Source: Verrucomicrobiia bacterium (GTDB lineage Bacteria; Acidobacteriota; Terriglobia; Terriglobales; Acidobacteriaceae). Taken from it: DNA of 64,000 nucleotides. This document shows positions 46,568 through 55,600 of the stretch, piece by piece. Under the pieces are notes generated by a model that made no database searches, was not told the origin of the DNA, and saw only the letters and a program-made list of their open reading frames with translations. Position numbers and translations under genes: made by a program. The first letter of the stretch is position 1; the number at the start of each line of letters is the position of its first letter. The stretch is from NCBI GenBank assembly GCA_035523795.1, contig DATKQB010000113.1, positions 999 to 64,998 of the forward strand, in the 5' to 3' direction.

Positions 46568-48365
46568 TCAATTTATCGAGATTGGCCGGCAGGTAGCGCA
46601 GCATGCGGCTTCCGCACCGGATTCTCTTGCGGTGAAGGCCGGTGCTGAAAGTCTTAGCTATGCGGAGCTCGAAGCGCGGTCAAATCAATTGGCCGCACAT
46701 TTGCGTTCGTTGGGCGTGGGACCGGAGTCGCTAGTGGGGATTTTCCTCGAGCGGTCAGTAGAATCGGTAATGAGTTCATTGGCAGTGCTCAAGGCTGGAG
46801 CGGGGTATCTCCCGCTGAACCCCGCAACTCCTGAAGACCGGCTTGCATTCATGCTGCACGACTCGGATGTCGCAGTCGTGCTTACCCGGGAAGGTTTGGC
46901 GGGGAGACTTGGCGCGGGATCATGGAGCGTCGTAAAGCTTGACACTGATGCCGATCGCATCAAGACATTCCCCGTAGCAAATGTTGCAGTGGCCGCGAAA
47001 TCCGAGCATTTAGCCTACGTGGTTTACACGTCCGGTTCGACGGGGCAACCGAAAGGCGTGGAGATCACGCGCGGCGGGCTGGCAAATCTGATTGCGTGGC
47101 ACCTGCGAGCATTTGAAGTGACGGCTCAGGATCGCGCCAGCTTGCTGGCTTCCATCGGATTTGATGCGACCGTATGGGAACTGTGGCCTTACCTCGCAGC
47201 CGGTGCAAGCGTGCATATTCCAGAAGACTCGGTTCGGCAGCAGCCGGAACCGCTGCGCGATTGGATGGTCGAGGAAAAGATCACGATTTCATTTGTGCCG
47301 ACGCCGCTCGCCGAGATGCTGATTCAGCTGAACTGGCCAGCGGATACTGCGCTGCGCATTCTGCTGACGGGCGCTGACACACTGCATCGCCGTCCCGCGC
47401 AAGACCTGCCGTTCACTTTGGTCAACAATTACGGACCGACGGAGTCGACCGTGGTTGCGACGTCCGGAGTCGTTTTGCCTGTGACTGCGGATTCGAAACA
47501 GCCATCGATTGGGCGGGCGATCGACGGCACGCAGATCTTCATTCTTGACGAAGAAATGCAGCCGGTGGCTGCGGGAACTTCGGGCGAATTGTTCATTGGC
47601 GGAGCCAGTTTGGCGCGCGGGTATAGAAACCGTCCGGATCTTAGTGCGGAAAAGTTTGTGGTGAATCCGTTCAGCACCAGTAAGGATCGGCTCTACCGTA
47701 CGGGCGACCGCGCCAGGTTTCTGCCGAACGGCGAAATTGAGTTTCTTGGACGATTGGACGACCAGGTGAAGATCCGGGGCTATCGCGTAGAACTGGACGA
47801 GATTTCGAGCGTGCTGGATTCGCATTCGGAAGTAAAGGCGAGTACGGTCACGGTTTCGGGATCGGACGAGAAAAGGTTGATCGCCTATCTGGTGCTAAAT
47901 CCAAGTTGTCAGTGTACGGCCAGTGTGTTTCGCGAACACCTGCAACGTCGCCTGCCGGACTACATGATTCCAGCTGTGTTTGTTCGAATTGCCGCGTTGC
48001 CAGTGACCACGAATGGCAAAGTGGACCGGGCTGCGCTGCCTGCCCCCAATGGCAACGCGTTGCCCGAGGAAGCCTACGTCGCTCCGCGCAGCATTGTGGA
48101 ACAACGGCTGGCGGAATTGATCGCGCCACTATTGCATGTAGATCGCGTGGGCGCGAACGACAATTTCTTTCTGCTCGGTGGACATTCTCTGTTAGGGACA
48201 CAGCTGCTTACGCGAATTGGCGAAACTTTCGGAATAGAGCTGTCGCTGTTAGCCATTTTTGATCACCCTACCCTCGCGGGAATGTCGGGCGAGATCGAGC
48301 GGCTGATCCTTGAAAAAATCGAACCTCCCTCTGAGCTCTCCCAACCAGCAGGAGACTACCGGTAG
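46551..48365 (+). CDS. NRPS loading protein, adenylation-thiolation (A-T) didomain
   Basis: A3 LAYVVYTSGSTGQPKGV, A4 FDATVWE, A5 NNYGPTE, A7 YRTGD, A8 GRLDDQVKIRGYRVELDEI, A10 NGKVDR, T LLGGHSLLG. AAGGAG lies upstream of ATG 46551, and the gene overlaps the GT4 by 17 nt. The track ORF starts at 46488. Confidence 0.93.
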   Translation: MSTRLDQFIEIGRQVAQHAASAPDSLAVKAGAESLSYAELEARSNQLAAHLRSLGVGPESLVGIFLERSVESVMSSLAVLKAGAGYLPLNPATPEDRLAFMLHDSDVAVVLTREGLAGRLGAGSWSVVKLDTDADRIKTFPVANVAVAAKSEHLAYVVYTSGSTGQPKGVEITRGGLANLIAWHLRAFEVTAQDRASLLASIGFDATVWELWPYLAAGASVHIPEDSVRQQPEPLRDWMVEEKITISFVPTPLAEMLIQLNWPADTALRILLTGADTLHRRPAQDLPFTLVNNYGPTESTVVATSGVVLPVTADSKQPSIGRAIDGTQIFILDEEMQPVAAGTSGELFIGGASLARGYRNRPDLSAEKFVVNPFSTSKDRLYRTGDRARFLPNGEIEFLGRLDDQVKIRGYRVELDEISSVLDSHSEVKASTVTVSGSDEKRLIAYLVLNPSCQCTASVFREHLQRRLPDYMIPAVFVRIAALPVTTNGKVDRAALPAPNGNALPEEAYVAPRSIVEQRLAELIAPLLHVDRVGANDNFFLLGGHSLLGTQLLTRIGETFGIELSLLAIFDHPTLAGMSGEIERLILEKIEPPSELSQPAGDYR

Positions 48366-49650
48366 TGTCTCCAGATTTGCCCTGCAACGACGTGCCTTCC
48401 AGTTCTATGTCCTCTGCTTCAACCCCTTCCAGAGTCGAGCGTCCGGACACGGCATTGAGCCTGTATCACCTGCTTGACCCGCAGGTGCTGGCCAATCCGT
48501 ATCCGCTCTTCCATCGCCTGCGCCGGGAAGATCCGGTGCATTGGGATCCATTTCTGCACGCCTGGATCGTGACTCGCTACAACGATGTGATGGAAGTGCT
48601 GCACACTTACTCTGCCGACCGCACGCCCACGCCGGAACAACTTTCCGCCATGGGCTTGTCGCAGCTCAATCCCATTGCGCAGGTGATGGTGAAGCAGATG
48701 TTGTTCATGGATGCGCCTGCTCATGTACGCCTGCGCGGGTTGGCCTCGAAGGCGTTCACTCCGGCGCGCGTCGAGCAGTTGCGCGATCACATACGCGAGA
48801 TCGTGGATCGGCTGCTGGAAGGCATCGAGCCCAAAGGCGGCATGGATGTTATTGCCGATTTCGCCGAACCGCTTCCTGCGATCGTCACGGCCGAGTTGAT
48901 GGGCCTGCCGACGAGCGACTGGCGAAGGCTGAAAGCGTGGTCGGCCAACTTTGCCGAGATGCTGGGGAACTTCCAGCACAATCCGGAGCATGCCCCGGTC
49001 ATGCTGAAGACAGTCGAAGAAATGACCGGATACTTCCGCGATGCGGTACGGGAAATCACGGCGCATCCGCGGGAGGGACTGATTGATTCGCTGATCACGG
49101 CAGAGATCGATGGCGATCGATTGACCGAAGAAGAAGTCATCGCCAACGCGATCGTGACCATGGTCGGCGGGCAGGAGACGACGACCAATCTGATCGGAAA
49201 TGGTCTATTGGCCCTGCTACGAAATCCGCAGGAAATGGAGCGCGTGATTTCCGATCCGAAGCTGATTCCTTCGGCTGTGGAAGAAATGCTGCGCTACGAG
49301 AGTCCGAGCCAGCATACGGCGCGGCTGGCCCCGAGCGATAGGGAACTGGGCGGCAAGTCGATTAAGAAGCGGCAGGCAGTGATTGCCGTAATGGCAGCCG
49401 CGAACCGCGATCCGGAAAGATTTGCAGATCCGGACCGATTTGATATCACGCGCAGCGACAACCGGCATCTCGCTTTCGGATATGCGGCGCACTTCTGCTT
49501 TGGGGCGCCATTAGCGCGTGCCGAAGGCCAGATCGCATTTGAGCGAATGCTGAGCCGATTCCCGCATATCCGGCTTGAGCCGCAGAATCTCGTGTGGCGA
49601 ACCAATCTTGGATTACGCGGGTTGGTTTCGTTAAAGATCAGTTTTGATGG
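48365..49650 (+). other. cytochrome P450 domain of the NRPS fusion protein
   Basis: The Cys ligand codon TGC is at 49496-49498 within FGYAAHFCFG. The domain ends near SLKISF and is followed by a Ser/Thr/Pro/Lys-rich linker before C1. Confidence 0.85.
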
Positions 49651-52600
49651 CGGGAAAAGCGACGGGAAAAGTCCCCGGCCGGCAAGTACCGAGACTGTCT
49701 CCCAGACTCTGCCTCCGAACTCTAACACCGCTGGAAAAGTTTCCTCTGCTGCGACAAAGAACAGCCTGGTTGAGAAATATCTCAGCCAGCGGCCGCAACA
49801 GAGTCGCATCACAAAGCGAGCGCAAAGCGGTCCCGCGCCGCTGTCGTTTCCGCAGCAACAGATATGGCTGCATGCGCAGATTGCGCCCAATGTTCCGGTC
49901 TACAACGAGCCGGTAACCATCTACCGGGACGGTCCGCTGGACCTGGCGGCGCTGCAGAAGTGTTTTGCGGAAGTCATGCGCCGGCACGAAGCGTGGCGCA
50001 CAACCTTCGATGTGGTGAATGGTGAAGCGGTACAGATCGTGAATTCCGTTCCGGATCTCAAACTGCCGCTGGTCGATTTGCGCCATATGCCTGAGGCAGA
50101 GCGCGACAGTGCGGCGCTGAAACTGGCAACGGAAGACGCGCGCCGTCCCTTTGATTTGAAAAAATGTCCGTTGCTGCGGGCGCTGGTGGTGCGGCTAGGC
50201 GATGAGCGCTACCGAATTTACATCACACTGCATCATCTGATTTTTGATGGGCTTTCGATTTATCGCGTCTTTCTGCCGGAATTGGCGGCACTTTATGCAG
50301 CGTATTCGCGTGGGGAAGAGTCTCCGCTCGTGGAACTGCCTATCCAATACGCAGATTTTGCCGAGTGGCAGCGGCAATACATGCGTAATGGCGTGCTCGC
50401 GAAGCATCTCGACTATTGGCGGGAAAAACTGAGAGGGGAGTTGCCGGTGCTGGAGTTGCCGGCAGATTTCGCGCGACCTCCGGTGCAAACCTTCCGTGGC
50501 GCTATTCAGACGCTGCACCTCCCGAAAAATCTGAGCGATCGGCTCAAAGCTGTCAGCCGTGCGGAAAATTCCACGTTCTTCCTTACGCTGCTCGCCGCAT
50601 TTCAGACGCTGCTGCACCGCTACAGCGGGCAGGACGATGTCCTCGTAGGCACACTCGCAGGGGCACGCAAGCGATCAGAGCTTGAGAATCTGCTGGGTTG
50701 TTTTCAGAACCCGATTGTCGTGCGCACGGACTTCGGCGGCAATCCAAGCTTCCGACAAGTTCTAGGCCGTGTGCGGGAGAGCACGATCGGCGCGCTGGAA
50801 CACGACGAGCTTCCCTTTGAGCTGGTAGTGAAAGAGTTGCGCACGGAGCGCGATCTGAGCCGCAATCCGCTGGTGCAGGTTGCATTCACGCTTGTGCCTA
50901 AGGGCGCATCGCCGGATGCAGGCTGGAGCGCGGGGCAATGGGACGTGGACACTGGCGCGACCAAGTTCGACCTTTATCTGGAAATGGAGGACGGCGCCGA
51001 CGGACTGACAGCGCGCTTCATGTACCGCACCGATCTGTTTCGGGCGGACACGATCGAGCGGCTGAAAGCACATTTGAATGTCTTGCTCGAAGGAATCGCG
51101 GCCGATCCCTCAGCGAGCGTGCACACGCTGCCGCTGCTCAGCGAAAGAGAACGCCAGCAACTGCTTATTGATTGGAACGATTCACGGCTGGACTATCCCG
51201 ACAATCTTTGCCTCCACGAGTTGGTGCAGCGAGCGGCACAGCACTCGCCGCAAGTCCAAGCGGTGGTGTTTGGCGATCAAGCGCTCACATATCGTGAGTT
51301 GGATCAGCAGAGCGATGCGCTGGCGGCTGTTCTGGTTAAGACGGGCGTAACTCCTGAGCAATGTGTCGGGTTGTATTTCGAACGCTCGCTTGAGATGGTG
51401 GTTGCCATCATGGCGGTGCTGAGAGCCGGTGGCGCATGCCTGCCGCTGGATCCGGCGTATCCGCAGGAGCGCCTGGCATTCATGCTGGCGGACTCCAAGG
51501 CGCCGGTCGTGCTCACTACTTCGGAACTGCTGTCGCGGGTGCCCGACAGTCAAGCTCGCGTGATTTGCGTCGATCGAACGCAAGAAAAATGTGGGAGTGA
51601 GCTTGCCCGACAGACCAACCCGGATGGCATCGCTTATGTGATTTATACATCTGGTTCCACGGGCCAGCCGAAGGGAGTACGCCTGACGCATCGTGGGCTG
51701 GTGAATTCCACCTTGGCGCGCAGCGCGTATTACACCGCTTCGCCGAAAGTGTTTCTGCTGTTGTCGTCATTCGCTTTCGACAGTTCCCTTGCCGGAATTT
51801 TCTGGACTTTGGCGACCGGTGGCACGCTGGTCTTACCCCCAGATCAGTCCCGGTGGGATTTGGATGCGTTGCCCGGAATGATCCGCAAGCATCGGGTCTC
51901 GCACCTGCTCTGCGTCGCGTCGCTGTATCAGGCGATCCTCGAATCCGGCAGCCAGCGCGACTTCGAATCATTGCAGGTTGCGATTGTGGCGGGCGAAGCG
52001 TGCCTGCCCGGACTGATTGCACAACATTATGATCGGGCGCCTCAGGCGACGTTCTACAACGAGTATGGCCCGACAGAGGCGACGGTCTGGTGCTCCGTCC
52101 ACAAATGCGAACGGCAGACGGCGAACGCGGGGCGTGTACCGATTGGGCGGCCGATTGCGAACACAAAGTTGTATGTGCTGGATTCGCACATGCAACCTCT
52201 GCCCGTCGGAGTGAGTGGAGAGTTATGTGTTGCTGGTGCGCAGATGAGTGCCGGCTACCTAAATCATCCAGAGTTAAACGAAGGAAGATTCGTTCGTAGT
52301 CCGTTTTCGGCGGAAGAAAAGATGTACCGCACGGGGGATCGCGCGCGATATCTCGCCGACGGAAATATCGAGTGGCTGGGCCGTAATGACGGGCAGATCA
52401 AGCTGCGCGGATTCCGCATTGAATTGGGTGAGATCGAATCGGCACTGCTCTCGCATAAGGCGGTGCGCCAGTGCGTCGCTCAGATTCGCCAAGATCAGAC
52501 GGGGAAAGATCAGACAGGAAATGCAAGACTGGTTGCCTATGTAGTGCTCGAACCGGAAACAGCCGTTGAAGATCTGCGCGAGCATCTCGCAAGGCGCCTG

Positions 52601-55600
52601 CCGGCCCATGAAATTCCATCTGCGTTTGTGGTCCTCCCGTCGATCCCGCAGTTGCCGAATGGCAAAGTCGACGTTCGCCGACTACCGTCTCCGGAATCGC
52701 AAACGGAATCAAAGGCAGGTCCAATTGCGCCGCGCACACCTGTGGAAGAAGTGATTGCCGGGATTTGGGAGCAGGTGTTGAAGCTGCCCAGCGTCAGCGT
52801 GCGCGATGATTTCTTCGCCCTCGGCGGACATTCGTTGTTGGCGGCGAAAGTTGTTTCCCGGATCTTGCTGGCTCTCGATGTAGAGTTGACACTGCGCGCG
52901 ATCTTCGAGCGTCCCACGGTAGAAGGCCTGGCGGCGCTGATTGAGAGCAGTCGCAGCGAGCAATCGGCATCGGCGAGCATTCCGATCTCACGGATCTCTC
53001 GCGAGACGGATCCCCGGCTATCGTTTGCGCAGCAACGCCTCTGGTTCCTCGATCAGTTGGAGCCGGGCAATCCACTGTACAACGTTCCTTGTGCGGTGCG
53101 GATTTCCGGCGACTTGAACGTCCCGGCATTGGAGCGCAGCATCAACGAAATCATTCGCCGACATGAGATTCTGCGCACGCGTTTTGCCAGCCGTGCCGGG
53201 CAGCCGGTGCAGGTGATCGCGCCCTCGTTGAACATTCCGCTTCCGGTTACGGATTTGGAGCGCATTCCGCTGGCTGAAATCAGGGCTGATCAACTGGCCG
53301 CGGAAGAGGCGCGGCGACCTTTCAATCTTGGAGCCGGGCCGCTGTTGCGCGCGAACCTTCTCCGGCTTTCGGCTCAGCAGTATGTGCTGCTGCTAAGTAT
53401 TCATCACATCGCCAGCGATGAGACTTCGCGCGAAATCATCGTGAGGGAGCTGATTGCGCTCTATGAAGCGTTCTCGCAAAACAAGCCCTCTCCGCTGCCA
53501 GATCTAAGGATGCAGTATGCGGATTATGCGGCATGGCAGCGTGAATGGCTGCAAGGCGAGCCGCTGGAGAAAGAGTTGGCGCACTGGCGTCTACGCCTCG
53601 AAAGAGCTCCGGGATTGTTAGAACTGCCGGCCGACCGTCCGCGGCCTGCGGTGCAAAGTTTCCGCGGCGCGAACGAAACGGTCGAGCTTGATGCAGCTGT
53701 AGCGAGCCGATTGAAGGGTCTCAGCCAGCGCGAAGCCACGACGCTGTTCATGACACTGCTGGCGGCGTTCAATGTATTGCTGAGCCGCTACACGGGCCAG
53801 GATGACATTGTGGTAGGTTCGCCGTTTACGAATCGTCAGCGGGCCGAAGTGGAAGGGTTGATCGGATTCTTCGTCAATACCGTGCCGCTGCGCACCAGCC
53901 TTTCGGGTGACTTGAGCTTCCGGCAATTGTTGCAGCAGGTCAAGGCAACGGCGCTTGAGGCCTATGATCACCGCGAACTTCCATTTGAAAAGCTGGTCGA
54001 GTCGTTACGGCCAGAACGCAACTTAAGCTACAACCCGATGTTCCAGGTACTGTTCGCTGTTCAGAATAGCGCAGCAGTTACGGAGAAGGTGGCTGGCATC
54101 ACTCTTCAACTGCAGGACGTCGATACCGGAACCAGCAAATTCGATCTCACCTGCACCGTAATTTCCCACGACGACAAATTCGAAACCAATTTCGAATACA
54201 ACACGGATCTATTTGAGCCTGCGACCATCCGCCGGATGATCGATAGCTTTCACTCGATTTTGCAGGCGGTGGTTGAGAATCCGGAGATGCCGATTTCCCG
54301 GTTGCCGCTGCTGAATGAAAAAGCGCGGCAGCGGGTGCTGGCGGAGTGGAATGCAACCCAGAGCGCATATCCGAAAGAGAAGTGCATTCAAGAATTGGTG
54401 GAAGCGCAAGTCGCGCGGCAGCCTGAAACAATCGCCGTCGTGCATGAAGGCAACAAGCTCACGTATCGCGAATTGAACCAGCGTGCCAATCAACTGGCGC
54501 ACTATCTGCGCCAACAAGGCGTTGGGCCGGATGTGCCTGTCGGCGTGTGCCTGGAAAATTCGCTGGATTTGCCGATCGCTTTGCTCGCAGTACTCAAGGC
54601 GGGGGGCGCGGTTCTGGCACTCGATCCGGCATATCCCAAAGAACGACTGCAACTGATGCTCGAGGATTCAGGCGCTCCGCTGCTACTGTCGCGGGAAGGG
54701 TTGTTACCGGAACTCGCTGGCGGAAGCACAAAACGGCTGTGTCTGCTCTCCATCACGGAATTTGTGGAGCGCGAGAGCAGAGAAAATCCGGCGCGGATCA
54801 CTACGCCACAGAGCCTTGCCTACGTGATTTATACCTCGGGGTCGACCGGAAAGCCGAAAGGCGTGATGCTGACGCACGGTGGCCTGGTGAATTACATTTG
54901 CGCGGCAATTCAGCTCTACGATCTGCGCTCGAGCGATCGTTTCTTGCAGTTCTCGTCCATCAGCTTCGATATTGCGATAGAAGAAATCTTTCCGACCTGG
55001 TCCGCCGGGGCAACCCTGGTGCTGCGCTCGGGACATTTTTCATTGGCGGGCTCGGATTTCCTGCGCTTCGCGCGCCAACAAAAATTGACGGTCATTTCAG
55101 TGGCTACGGCCTACTGGCACGAACTGGTGCATGAGCTCTCGGAATCGGGAGCGGAGTTGCCGGATAGCTTGCGGCTGGTGATTGTGGGCGGAGAAAAGGC
55201 GCAAATCCAGGCGCTGGAGACGTGGAGGAAAGCGGCGGGTGATCGTGTGCGTTGGATCAACACCTACGGTCCGACGGAAACCTGCGTCATTGCGTCATCG
55301 TATGAGCCTTCGGCCTCCGGCTCGTTGCCTTCGCCGCTTCCTATTGGGCGGCCGGTGAGCAACGTGAAGATTCACATTCTCGATCGCAATCTGCAGCCCG
55401 TGCCGGTAGGGATTCCGGGAGAACTCCACATCGGCGGACCGGGTGTGGCCCGCGGATATTTGAATCATCCCGAACTGACGGCGGAGAAGTTCATTCGCGA
55501 TCCGTTCAGCACGAATCCCAATGCGCGGCTGTACAAGACGGGCGATCTGGCGCGCTATCTGGAAAATGGCGAAATTGAATTTGTGGGCCGTCGGGATTTT

